Shown: one piece after another, positions 10,188 through 19,025 of the stretch | Layout: each line of letters opens with the position of its first letter | How positions within the stretch are numbered: the first letter of the stretch is position 1 | Origin: a virus | Lineage: Duplodnaviria > Caudoviricetes | Strand: one strand, 5' to 3' | IMG/VR virus record: IMGVR_UViG_3300011989_000005 | Coordinates: 70,183-134,182 of that record | Length of the DNA stretch: 64,000 bases | Made by a program: the position numbers and the translations under genes | Notes under the pieces: generated by a model | Database searches by the model: none | The model's input: only the letters and a program-made list of their open reading frames with translations | Told to the model about the DNA's origin: nothing

Positions 10188-10595
10188 TCAGTCCCCCTTC
10201 TTTAGCTTAATCTCCATATCCACCGAGCAGTGGGTTATGAAATGTTGCAACTCATGTACCCAACCGATGTTCACGCACTCAATGGGGAATCCGCCCATTT
10301 CGATGCAGTCATGCCCCGCGTGCCACATGCCGTCATTGAACTCGTGTGCCGTCATCTTGCAGAAGTCGTCTGCCCAGAAATAGCGTTTGTCGTACTTGCC
10401 GCCCTCCATGCGGTGCCACCCGATGCTGTCGAAGAACTCGGCAGAGAGTGGTATTGGCTCTACGGTGTCTTCGTGAAACTGTCCGTCTTCGCCTTCTGCT
10501 CTGATGTACGGCGGTACTATTGCAGAGACTTTCAGAATCAGTCCGCTGTGCTTCTGCCTAACGATGTCGCCAGCCATTAACTCTTTTGCTTCCAT
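10188..10595 (-). CDS. Hypothetical phage protein
   Basis: MEAKELMAGDIV...EPIPLS...VHELQH pattern typical of small Bacteroidetes phage proteins. Confidence 0.75.
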   Translation of the reverse strand: MEAKELMAGDIVRQKHSGLILKVSAIVPPYIRAEGEDGQFHEDTVEPIPLSAEFFDSIGWHRMEGGKYDKRYFWADDFCKMTAHEFNDGMWHAGHDCIEMGGFPIECVNIGWVHELQHFITHCSVDMEIKLKKGD

Positions 10596-10600
10596 ATTAG

Positions 10601-11026
10601 CTATTCCGCTCCTTTATTCCACAGTCTGTTCCACCAGTTGCGCTTCATTAGCCGGTCGATGCGCCCGAGCGAACTGTCAAGTTGCTCCTGGCTATGCTTC
10701 AACTGCTCTTTCAGCTCTGAGATTTCCTGCCGCTCCTGGCTCTGGATGCGGTTAGCCATGTCCTTATAAAACTGGCTCTTGGCCTCCTGCTCAATATCGT
10801 CGAAGTTCAGGAACTCGTACTTCTCGGTGCATGAATCCAATGCGTATTCGTTGACCGCCTTCCACGGGTTGCGCGTTATTGTCACCGTCTTCTTGATAAC
10901 CCTCAGACGACCATCCTCTGCTTTGTCTTCGATGGCCTCCGAAAGGTTCCTGTTCTCACACTCCAGTTGTTTTACTCTGTCTCTGAGCGAATCATATTCA
11001 CTCAGTTCAATGTTTAATATTGGCAT
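10601..11026 (-). CDS. Hypothetical coiled-coil protein
   Basis: 141 aa, heptad-rich, ends RNWWNRLWN. Confidence 0.75.
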   Translation of the reverse strand: MPILNIELSEYDSLRDRVKQLECENRNLSEAIEDKAEDGRLRVIKKTVTITRNPWKAVNEYALDSCTEKYEFLNFDDIEQEAKSQFYKDMANRIQSQERQEISELKEQLKHSQEQLDSSLGRIDRLMKRNWWNRLWNKGAE

Positions 11027-11029
11027 AAT

Positions 11030-11341
11030 TCAGTCCTCCTTCGTTGGTGCCAAATCATCCTTGTATGCCCACATGGTATAATTGGCTCCGTATTTCTTGT
11101 TCATTGCATTTACAAACATTGAATCGAAGCCGAGCATACATCTGCTCGGAGGGCTCATATAGCCGCCATCGACATCGTAGAACACTACAGACTTGCTGCT
11201 GTCGGCTTTCTCGTCGATGCTGTGCCACACACTCGGCATCGCTTCAATTTTCGCCAGCAGCACTTGCAGCATTGTATAGACCACTGGAGATGAACTTTCG
11301 TCTGCCTCACCGTTGTTGACAGCCTCCTTGAAGTCCTCCAT
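11030..11341 (-). CDS. Hypothetical protein (start uncertain)
   Basis: 103 aa ORF ending in the junction motif. Confidence 0.6.
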   Translation of the reverse strand: MEDFKEAVNNGEADESSSPVVYTMLQVLLAKIEAMPSVWHSIDEKADSSKSVVFYDVDGGYMSPPSRCMLGFDSMFVNAMNKKYGANYTMWAYKDDLAPTKED

Positions 11342-11414
11342 CTCTTAATCCATCATTCCTCGGATTATCGCCTTAATCTCTTCAATCTGTTTCATATCGT
11401 CATATATACTATTC

Positions 11415-11696
11415 TTATTTATCCGTCACTTGTCCGAAGTCACCCAGCATATCGACGATGAGCGCTTGCATCACACCGTCGAAACCCTCTATCATGTACT
11501 TCAGCCCGCAAGTCATGGTCATCAGGTGTGCCAGTCGCAGGTATTCGGGCGTGCCCTTCTTCTCTTCGCCGAGCTGCTGTAGGCGCTGTGCCATCTGCTG
11601 CGCAGTCTGGTTGATGATGCTCGTCACCATCTGGAAGTCGCGTGTCGCTATCGACAGCGATACTCCCCATAGTCTCTCGTCTTCTGATTTTGCCAT
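11415..11696 (-). CDS. Hypothetical protein
   Basis: 93 aa helical ORF. Confidence 0.7.
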   Translation of the reverse strand: MAKSEDERLWGVSLSIATRDFQMVTSIINQTAQQMAQRLQQLGEEKKGTPEYLRLAHLMTMTCGLKYMIEGFDGVMQALIVDMLGDFGQVTDK

Positions 11697-11705
11697 AGTT
11701 CGTTT

Positions 11706-12218
11706 CTATTTAGTTTGGTTCAACTTGTCAATGCGTTCCTGTAACTCCCTGCTCTCGCGTTCCTTGTCGTAGGGTCGGATGGTGCCCGTTTCTTCCAGCT
11801 CTTGAAGCATCTCACTCATGTTGCCGACGGCGATATACAGGCCCTCAATGATTTTGCTGGTGGAATTGCCGTCGTATTCGTGAGGAAACATTGCGAACAT
11901 CATCCGTTGGTCGGCCTTCAGGCGGTCGATGTGGTCGAAGATGCGCTCCTTCCATGCTTCGACCAGCATTCTTGGGCGAATATACTGCGTTGTCTGGTAG
12001 TCGTCCTCCGTGGTAGCGGGGCGGGGCACTACGTCCATATAGCACTGTCCGAAGGTCTTAAAGCATACCACGTCGGAGCGGTGCGGGTCATCGTTCTTCA
12101 CGTGGATGATGTCGGGATAGTCCATCACTTCCATCCGGCGGTAGAACTGCCGGTTGATAAGTCGGTGCGTCTCGATAGACGACGGCTGTTGTTTCTTTAC
12201 TTTGCGGTTGCTGGTCAT
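11706..12218 (-). CDS. Hypothetical protein
   Basis: 170 aa ORF preceded by the junction motif. Confidence 0.75.
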   Translation of the reverse strand: MTSNRKVKKQQPSSIETHRLINRQFYRRMEVMDYPDIIHVKNDDPHRSDVVCFKTFGQCYMDVVPRPATTEDDYQTTQYIRPRMLVEAWKERIFDHIDRLKADQRMMFAMFPHEYDGNSTSKIIEGLYIAVGNMSEMLQELEETGTIRPYDKERESRELQERIDKLNQTK

Positions 12219-12446
12219 TATTCAGTCCTCCTTTCTTTCACCCGCAGTGCCCGAAACCTCGGTTGACCGGCTCGTAGGTGGCGCAATGCCCGTAGCCTAC
12301 CTTTCGGTATAGGGTTTCTCCACTTGTGCAGTGACTGGCACCGCCACCTGTTGAGCAGTGGCTCATCTTCAGCGCGTGTTGCGCCATCATGTTTCTAAGA
12401 AATTTTGTCCACATAGCTGTTGATGTTATTAAATGGTTTGTAAATG

Positions 12447-12929
12447 TTATACCCACCCGTTGCTGAGTGAGCCGTCTTCATAGACTACGGCATAGTGTTG
12501 TGGTCGCGGTCTGATCAGACACTTGCGCAATACCTTGATGCCGTGCGCCCAGAGACAGACGCTGTCGAGCTGGAACTGCTTGATAATGTCGCGCAGATAA
12601 TTGAGAGCGCCTATGGTGATGTCGGCGATAGGCTCGGCCAGTCCTTGGCAGACGGTGTGCTTGGCTTCGTCGCTCTGGCGGCTCCACCAGTCGATGGTGG
12701 CGGGGGCGAAGTCCATTCCTTCGACCACACAAGAGCGGAGATCAATGTATGTCACGTATGGCTCTGGCCATGCACAGGCCTGTTCCTCGGTGGTCTCACC
12801 GGTTTCGTCGAGCACAAACGGGTCGCTCTCTGCCTCGCGTCGCCAGGGCACGATGGCCACCTGCATCGGTGCGGCGTTGGCTGTCAGGGCGAAGGTCTCA
12901 AAGTCGATGGTAAAATCTAAGTGCTTCAT
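12447..12929 (-). CDS. DEDDh 3'-5' exonuclease-like protein (Rv2179c-like), apparently truncated at the C-terminus
   Basis: TIDFET (ExoI), TIDWWSRQS and LWAHG present; downstream FD and HxAxxD motifs absent. Confidence 0.6.
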   Translation of the reverse strand: MKHLDFTIDFETFALTANAAPMQVAIVPWRREAESDPFVLDETGETTEEQACAWPEPYVTYIDLRSCVVEGMDFAPATIDWWSRQSDEAKHTVCQGLAEPIADITIGALNYLRDIIKQFQLDSVCLWAHGIKVLRKCLIRPRPQHYAVVYEDGSLSNGWV

Positions 12930-12933
12930 TGTC

Positions 12934-13092
12934 TTACATTGAAATAATATTTCTACGCTTCAGGATTTCTCTCACTGTGTCGGCATTCACCTTGGCGATG
13001 CTGGCGATGTTCGCTACGTGCCATCCTTCTCTCTGCAGCCGGATGACTTGTTGTTCGAGGGTATTGCCTCCATGTACTCTTGCTGTTGTCAT
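12934..13092 (-). CDS. Small helix-turn-helix protein (52 aa)
   Basis: Manual translation MTTARVHGGNTLEQQVIRLQREGWHVANIASIAKVNADTVREILKRRNIISM; below the ORF-track cutoff. Confidence 0.65.
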   Translation of the reverse strand: MTTARVHGGNTLEQQVIRLQREGWHVANIASIAKVNADTVREILKRRNIISM

Positions 13093-13125
13093 AATACTTC
13101 AGTCGGTTGTTTAGGTTAATAATCA

Positions 13126-13347
13126 TTATCTATTGTATCTGAATGAGATTCGTCCACGTGTGAGGTCGTAGGGCGAGAGCTCCACCTCCACGCGGTCGCC
13201 CGCCACGATGCGGATATGGTTCTGACGCATCCTGCCAGAGAGTGTGGCGAGGATGGTGACGCCATTGTCGAGATGAACATGGTAATTATCATAGCCAAGT
13301 GACTCGGTTACCTGACCTTCACTTTTAATGCAGTCTTTTTTGCTCAT
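13126..13347 (-). CDS. infA: Translation initiation factor IF-1
   Basis: 73 aa with IF-1 signature EGQVTESL...LDNG...ILATLSGRMRQNHIRIVAGDRVEVELSPYDLTRGRISFR. Confidence 0.95.
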   Translation of the reverse strand: MSKKDCIKSEGQVTESLGYDNYHVHLDNGVTILATLSGRMRQNHIRIVAGDRVEVELSPYDLTRGRISFRYNR

Positions 13348-13367
13348 GTCTCGTTGTGTCCTGGTTT

Positions 13368-13826
13368 TTATTTATCATAATTATTATTATCTTGCATTTC
13401 AGTTTTAGTTTTTTTACGCCTTCTTTCCCGCTCGTGCTGGCGGAAATCAGCGTCTCTCCAGTATTTCCGCCGCCGCTTTTCCAGATAGTTCTGATGACGT
13501 CGCTCATTGTCGTGCTCCAAGAACGGGCTGCTGAACTCCTGTTGGTTATCGGCCAACTCATGCAGTATGCGGATGGCTTCGCACTGATCCCCGGTCATGT
13601 CACTAAGGATGGGCAGGGCTGCAACACAATCCTGAAGCAGAAGTTTGATGTTCTCAACCCGTCGCCGCTGTATAGCCGTCCACCGCAGCTGACGCTGACG
13701 CTCGCGTTTCACAGTCCGATAGTAAGCGGTTTTAGCTGCCTCTTTTGACGGTCCGCTGTATATCCACACCGCACGGCCTGTGCGACATGAGTGACGGATG
13801 ATTGTCGTTATCAATGATGGTCTCAT
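13368..13826 (-). CDS. Hypothetical basic protein
   Basis: 152 aa Arg/Lys-rich ORF between the primase and infA. Confidence 0.65.
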   Translation of the reverse strand: MRPSLITTIIRHSCRTGRAVWIYSGPSKEAAKTAYYRTVKRERQRQLRWTAIQRRRVENIKLLLQDCVAALPILSDMTGDQCEAIRILHELADNQQEFSSPFLEHDNERRHQNYLEKRRRKYWRDADFRQHERERRRKKTKTEMQDNNNYDK

Positions 13827-13844
13827 GTTAATTGTATGTTTAAA

Positions 13845-16800
13845 CTATTCAGTTTCTGGGTCTTTCTCGCTCGCCGCCTGTACATAGCCTTCCTCATATT
13901 CTTTGCCTGAAGTATAGGGCTTGATGGGAATGCAGCCGGGTCGATTGCGGTAGAAGTAATGTACGAATACGGGCTGTGCCGACAGTTCGCGCGGCATGCG
14001 CTCACCGGTCAAAATCTCATGCCGGTAAATGTTCTTCACCTTCTTACCCACAGGTTTGCCCTGCTGGTCGAGCACAGTCAGCCATGCCCTGCTACGACGA
14101 CCACCGTTGCGGCGGTATGAAGGGGTGTTTAGGACCACGTCCGGATCCATCACGATGCCCATGCGGTTCAGGCAGGGCTTCAGACTCTTGGCGATGCGTT
14201 TCTTTGCCTTCTCGATCGTTTCATAGTTCACGCCCTCGCCCTCGCTGTCGAGCAGGCTGATAGCCATCTCTTGCGGCGGGATGGGCTGACCGATGTGAGG
14301 ATTGTTGGGGATGTCCTCAAAGTACTGCACCAGCCAGTCGGTCAGTGCGCCGTCCTTGGTCATGGCGTAGAGCTCGCGGCGCAGGCTGCGTGTCTCGGTC
14401 GGCGGAAGGATGACCTCACCGGGGTGCTGCAGATAGAATTGCGCGCAGGCCACCATGAGGTTCTGTGCCTCGTTGAGCAGGTCGGGCGGCAGGCCGTTGG
14501 CCACCTCCTGCACACCGTACTGCTCCTGGAACTCGTCGGTCGGAGTGAAGTCGAGCCAGCGTCCGTCGTCGGTGGCGGCGTGGTAGTAGTCGCTGGTGAA
14601 GCAGGGGTAGATGCGCCCTTTCACTGAGCCGCCGGATCTGTCGAAGGGCTTGTTGCTGGCGATGAATATCTTGGGAACGTCCTCGCCGCGCAGCGTGACG
14701 GGCTGTTTGTAGAGGGTCTTGATGACGATGGTGGTGCCGGTGTTGAACATATCCTCGAACTTGAAGTTGTCTGGCAGCTCGTCGATGCAGACGAGCGAGT
14801 GGACTCCTGGCACGACGTTGCCCATCATCACCTCGATGGTGATGTTCTTCATGCTCTTGCCCGCGATGTTGGCCGACGAGGGGCGCACGGTGGCCAGCAG
14901 ATCGATATCGGCGCTCTTTCCGTTACGTCCGCTGGCCTTGTTCTCGTCTGTCACGCTATAGTCAGTGATATGAACGGCCCGTTGCACGGCGCGGCTGCGG
15001 TGGCGCGTCAGGACATAGCCGAAGGCGTGGACCTTATTTATGAGGTGCATGTCCTGCATCTGTCGCTCGGTTGCTGTCAGTGTCTCACCAAAACTCTCCT
15101 TCTCCCAGAAGATGCGACCCTGGTTGTAGAGGAAGCGGAAGTGCATGGGCATCTGTTCGAGGGGCTTATCCATAATGAGACGGTATTTCCAGAGCTTCTC
15201 CCATTCCTTCCAGCGCGTGTTCTCAGCCGCACGCATGGCGGGCGTGGTGCATTGACGGCTGATGTCCTCGTGGCGTTTCTTCTCGGCCTCGTATTTCGGG
15301 TTGATGATGATGCGCCACGGCTGCGGGATGACCGTGAAGTCACCCGGCATGATAAGCTCCTCGTTGGTCAGGTAGGGCATCGAGGCATAGTCAACGGCGG
15401 TAATCTTCTCCCTGGTGACGAGCACGGCGGTATTCCCGAAGAAGAAGTAGTCGAAGTCCTCGCCGTAGCTGTGGTCGTTGACGGGCAGCGACGGCATGGT
15501 GCTCAGTGTGCGTCCGTCAAGTCCCTTGCCGGTGAAGACGGCGTTCACGAGGTTGGCCTTATAGGGCGCGTCGGCTTCGCTGATGTGCGCATCGAGCCAG
15601 TCGAGCATCGCCGTGCGGCTGACGCTCTCTAACTGGTTGCCCGTGCGCCCGTTGTCAAGCAGACGGTAGGTGTTCTTGTGCGTCAGCTGATAGAAGACCC
15701 GCTGCCCCTGGCTGCCGGCATAGCAGCGGATGCCCTTCGCCTCCAAGAACTGCAGGAGGTTGGCCACGCTCAGGACGTAGCGCACGTTGGTCTCGCGGCT
15801 CTCGCCGTCGCGGTTCTTCTTGGTCGTGGCTTTGTCTATCCAGAACTGCATCGTCAGGGCATTGTCGAGCAAGCGCATCAGCGCGGCACTGGGGTTGGCC
15901 TTGCGCAGGTCGGGGGCCAGCAGCTTCTGTATCTGCGGGAAATGCGTCACGAAGTCGGTGACGTCCTTCGCCGTTTTCATGCGGCCGTCTGTCTTGCTGA
16001 CGACCACCTGGTCCATCTCGCGTGGCAGCCGCACCCAATGCACGTTGGCGTTCTCCAGTGCGATGCTGCTGCTACTGCCGATGCCCGTCGCGTCGGCATC
16101 GTAGCATACATATATATTACAGGCCACCGCCTGCATGCGGCAGAGCAGCGCCTGCAGCCATTCCTCCACCACGCCGTCATGTATGCCCGATGTCTCGGAG
16201 TTGAGCCACAGTACATGGGCATCGGCGGCAGCCCACATCTGCATCGCGTCGCGCGGACCGGAGCACAGCACCAGTCGCTTCATCTTGTAGCAGGTATTCT
16301 TCTCTCCTTTCACCTCCCTCGTCAGTTCCACTATCGGGTGTCTGCGTTCCCGCTTCCAGTCGGCATACCAGGGGCGTTCCTGTGCGGTGGCAAATTCTTC
16401 ACTCTTCACCCTTAACTCTTCACTTTTAAGGGCCGCCACCGCCACGCTGTCGCCATACACCTTCGTCGCCACGCCCTCCTTCTTGTCCCAGTACCACTTC
16501 GTGCGGCCGCTGGCTCTCGGCTCATATTTCTTCACGCCCCAGTCGTAGGTGAAGGCGAAGATGGGGTATGACGGACGGGCATGCACCTCCAACGAGCACT
16601 TGCCGCCCTGCTTGACCTCCACCGGCCCGGTAACGAACGTTGCCACGGGGAACACGCTGAACTCGCGCTCCAGCACTGCGCCCCACTCCTGTGCAGTCTT
16701 GGTCTCTCCCCTGCCCCGCCAGTAGTTGCGGTCGAGCGAACAGCGGTACAGCGGCAGGCCGCTGTCAGGGTCGAACTCCGTCACCATGTCGCCTATCTGT

Positions 16801-17348
16801 ATCTCGGCGCGGTCGGTATCGTCGGCCTCTCCCCCACCCTGCTTTATTTTCTCCACGTCCTCCTGCTCGGCCTTGCGCCTTGCCAGCTCCACCTTGAAGC
16901 CCAGCGCCCGCAGGTGCTGCTCGGTCCAGGGTGTCAGGTGACTTGGATCGCACTCCTGCGGCTCGACGGCCTTTGTGTGCTGCTCCGGTGCGGTCGGTGC
17001 CACACCGCTTATCTCTATGCCGTGGTCATCGACGAGCCGCTGCAGCACCTCCCCCATTTGTTTCTTGGACAGCGCCGTATGGTCGTAGCCCATCAGCGCG
17101 GCCTGCAGCGAGATTGCCCCGTAGCCCCGTCGCCCGCATTTGCCGTAGCATATCCAGCCAAGCGAGTCGGCACCGCCGCTGATGGCCTGATCAACCTTGA
17201 ACGATGGTGTCCTGTCGTTGTGGTCGGGGAACGGACAATAGTACGTCGCCTTACCCTTCTTCGGCAGATGGTAAGGCTCATATCCGTTTTGCCGCATAAC
17301 ATCGACAAGTGATATCTGGTTCAGTATGTCTCTGTCCTTCTCGTTCAC
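13845..17348 (-). CDS. DNA primase-helicase
   Basis: N-terminal CHC2 zinc finger (CPFPDH...WICYGKC), Toprim-like SGPRDA / VCYDADATG, P-loop SGRNGKS, Walker B CIDE. Confidence 0.85.
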   Translation of the reverse strand: MNEKDRDILNQISLVDVMRQNGYEPYHLPKKGKATYYCPFPDHNDRTPSFKVDQAISGGADSLGWICYGKCGRRGYGAISLQAALMGYDHTALSKKQMGEVLQRLVDDHGIEISGVAPTAPEQHTKAVEPQECDPSHLTPWTEQHLRALGFKVELARRKAEQEDVEKIKQGGGEADDTDRAEIQIGDMVTEFDPDSGLPLYRCSLDRNYWRGRGETKTAQEWGAVLEREFSVFPVATFVTGPVEVKQGGKCSLEVHARPSYPIFAFTYDWGVKKYEPRASGRTKWYWDKKEGVATKVYGDSVAVAALKSEELRVKSEEFATAQERPWYADWKRERRHPIVELTREVKGEKNTCYKMKRLVLCSGPRDAMQMWAAADAHVLWLNSETSGIHDGVVEEWLQALLCRMQAVACNIYVCYDADATGIGSSSSIALENANVHWVRLPREMDQVVVSKTDGRMKTAKDVTDFVTHFPQIQKLLAPDLRKANPSAALMRLLDNALTMQFWIDKATTKKNRDGESRETNVRYVLSVANLLQFLEAKGIRCYAGSQGQRVFYQLTHKNTYRLLDNGRTGNQLESVSRTAMLDWLDAHISEADAPYKANLVNAVFTGKGLDGRTLSTMPSLPVNDHSYGEDFDYFFFGNTAVLVTREKITAVDYASMPYLTNEELIMPGDFTVIPQPWRIIINPKYEAEKKRHEDISRQCTTPAMRAAENTRWKEWEKLWKYRLIMDKPLEQMPMHFRFLYNQGRIFWEKESFGETLTATERQMQDMHLINKVHAFGYVLTRHRSRAVQRAVHITDYSVTDENKASGRNGKSADIDLLATVRPSSANIAGKSMKNITIEVMMGNVVPGVHSLVCIDELPDNFKFEDMFNTGTTIVIKTLYKQPVTLRGEDVPKIFIASNKPFDRSGGSVKGRIYPCFTSDYYHAATDDGRWLDFTPTDEFQEQYGVQEVANGLPPDLLNEAQNLMVACAQFYLQHPGEVILPPTETRSLRRELYAMTKDGALTDWLVQYFEDIPNNPHIGQPIPPQEMAISLLDSEGEGVNYETIEKAKKRIAKSLKPCLNRMGIVMDPDVVLNTPSYRRNGGRRSRAWLTVLDQQGKPVGKKVKNIYRHEILTGERMPRELSAQPVFVHYFYRNRPGCIPIKPYTSGKEYEEGYVQAASEKDPETE

Positions 17349-18277
17349 GATATATTATGGATTTTGTTCTCCACCTGCACGATGGCGCGGAATATCTCGT
17401 ACATCACCTGCGGGACGATGGCGTTGCCGTAGGCTTTGAGGGCCTCCTTCCGCCATTTGCTGAAAGGAATGGATGCTCCGTCCATCCCAATGGAAAGCCC
17501 ATCATTTCCTGAGTGTACAGGGGACTGAGTAGGGAATAGCTCCCAACGCCCGCAGCCAGCTCTTTCGGCGTCGGCAGGAGATGATGCAGAGCCAAGTCTG
17601 CCAAGCCCATCGAGTGACTGGACTCTGCCTTGTGGTTGTACCGCCTGCCCTGCCCGTTGACCTTGCTGTTCGGATGTGGATTGTCTACCACGACAGGTGT
17701 CGGCAGCAGTCCTTCGCCCGATGATGAACACGCGGTCTCTCCGGTGCGGGGCTCCAACGGCACAAGCCGGTATAAGCACCGGCTGGACTGCATATCCGTC
17801 TGCCTCGATATCACGGCAGATGCGTTCAAGGGTAAAGGTCTCTCTGAGTCGGTATCTTCGTAGTCGGTTATCCGCTCCGAATAGGTCGGCTGCGTCTGCC
17901 AGCGGAGTAACGTCGCCTTGCTCGACCATCGACGCGATTCCAGCAACGTTCTCACACACAACCCAATCGGGTCTGACTTGGTTAATACACCTGTGCATGA
18001 ACGGCCAGAGATAGCGGTCGTCGTCCGCTCCTCGTCGCTGCCCGGCGTAACTGAAAGGCTGACAAGGGAACCCTCCTGTGAGTACGTTAATTTGCCCCCC
18101 CCATTTGGAGAAGTCTGTCTTGGTGATGTCTTCATACGATTCTGCGTTTGGGTACCAGTAGTCGAGCACAGCGCGACCGAAGGGATTGATCTCGCAGTGG
18201 AACAGGTTCTCCCATCCGAGCATGCTTGCCGCCACCTCCGGACCACCGATGCCGCTGAATACTGATGCATGTGTCAT
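17345..18277 (-). CDS. DNA (cytosine-5) methyltransferase, main polypeptide
   Basis: Motifs I FSGIGG, IV GFPCQ, VI ENV, VIII PHRRDRVF and X YGNAIVPQV. Confidence 0.92.
   Translation of the reverse strand: MTHASVFSGIGGPEVAASMLGWENLFHCEINPFGRAVLDYWYPNAESYEDITKTDFSKWGGQINVLTGGFPCQPFSYAGQRRGADDDRYLWPFMHRCINQVRPDWVVCENVAGIASMVEQGDVTPLADAADLFGADNRLRRYRLRETFTLERICRDIEADGYAVQPVLIPACAVGAPHRRDRVFIIGRRTAADTCRGRQSTSEQQGQRAGQAVQPQGRVQSLDGLGRLGSASSPADAERAGCGRWELFPTQSPVHSGNDGLSIGMDGASIPFSKWRKEALKAYGNAIVPQVMYEIFRAIVQVENKIHNIS
17404..18270 (-). CDS. Nested alternative-frame ORF, probable second methyltransferase polypeptide (true start unknown)
   Basis: 288 codons open on the same strand inside the MTase gene; carries motif IX-like LSPLYTQEMMGFPLGWT and two LLPTP repeats. 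Confidence 0.55.
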   Translation of the reverse strand: MHQYSAASVVRRWRQACSDGRTCSTARSIPSVALCSTTGTQTQNRMKTSPRQTSPNGGGKLTYSQEGSLVSLSVTPGSDEERTTTAISGRSCTGVLTKSDPIGLCVRTLLESRRWSSKATLLRWQTQPTYSERITDYEDTDSERPLPLNASAVISRQTDMQSSRCLYRLVPLEPRTGETACSSSGEGLLPTPVVVDNPHPNSKVNGQGRRYNHKAESSHSMGLADLALHHLLPTPKELAAGVGSYSLLSPLYTQEMMGFPLGWTEHPFLSANGGRRPSKPTATPSSRR

Positions 18278-18567
18278 TTCATCTTACTTTTTTCTTCAAT
18301 GAAGAATTTACCGTATTCACGCCACTGCTTCTCAATGATGGCGTCCTTGTCGGAGATGCGCTCCCTCAGGTTCTCCACGAGCTGCAGAAGCGAGGCAACC
18401 TTTTTCCTTTCGTTCTCCCATTTCTCCAACGCTTTATAATAGAGGTTGTTCAAGCCACGGACATTCTCGCCAGCCAGTCGCAACTTCTCTTCCAGATCGT
18501 CGCGCTCAGCCTGATACGGGTTTTTGCCCTGCAGAATTTGAAGAAGATTCCTGAAGTATTGTTTCAT
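18274..18567 (-). CDS. Hypothetical coiled-coil protein
   Basis: 97 aa, ATGA overlap with the MTase gene. Confidence 0.75.
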   Translation of the reverse strand: MKQYFRNLLQILQGKNPYQAERDDLEEKLRLAGENVRGLNNLYYKALEKWENERKKVASLLQLVENLRERISDKDAIIEKQWREYGKFFIEEKSKMK

Positions 18568-18578
18568 GCCGTCATCTC

Positions 18579-18770
18579 CTACTTAGTCCGTGTGATACAT
18601 ACAGCCGATGCGCCGGAATCCGTGCGCACCTCGTACTCCTTGTTCTCCAGTTTCATGTCATGTACCTGGACCTTGACCGACTTTATCTTCTTCTTGTCAG
18701 TCAAAATGAAGATACGCGACTGCCGGACGCGTATACTTCTTAACTCTTCTTTGCTCACGGTTTCCTGCAT
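18579..18770 (-). CDS. Small basic protein, first gene of the early operon (Cro-position)
   Basis: 63 aa, divergent from the repressor; role inferred from position only. Confidence 0.55.
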   Translation of the reverse strand: MQETVSKEELRSIRVRQSRIFILTDKKKIKSVKVQVHDMKLENKEYEVRTDSGASAVCITRTK

Positions 18771-18829
18771 AAGTTTTTAAAATCTCTTAATTTGTAGGCA
18801 TGAATAACTTGAAAACGAGGGAAAAGCCT

Positions 18830-18837
18830 TACCTTTG
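18830..18837 (+). promoter_or_regulatory. Bacteroidetes -7 promoter box toward the repressor
   Basis: TACCTTTG matches TAnnTTTG; TTG at 18809-18811 upstream. Confidence 0.6.
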
Positions 18838-18950
18838 CAAGTGTTCTAAGTTCGCAAGGCGGCGCACGGCTTCCTTCTGAAAGGCGCTTCATCGCGTCTG
18901 CAGGCTTTCCTTATACCCCCGTCGGAGAGTTAACTAACTAACTCGGGGTA

Positions 18951-18958
18951 CAAAGGTA
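18951..18958 (-). promoter_or_regulatory. Bacteroidetes -7 promoter box toward the early operon
   Basis: caaaggta reads TACCTTTG on the minus strand. Confidence 0.6.
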
Positions 18959-19025
18959 GGGAAAATTTAGCAAAGCCGTGCGTTGTGTAGCAAAGTATTA
19001 ACGTAATTTAATAATAAGGCTAAGT

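Noticed and set aside
13126-13347. infA as a sign of host chromosome or a prophage boundary
   Set aside because: It is flanked on both sides by co-oriented phage genes, with no secY, map or rpmJ context
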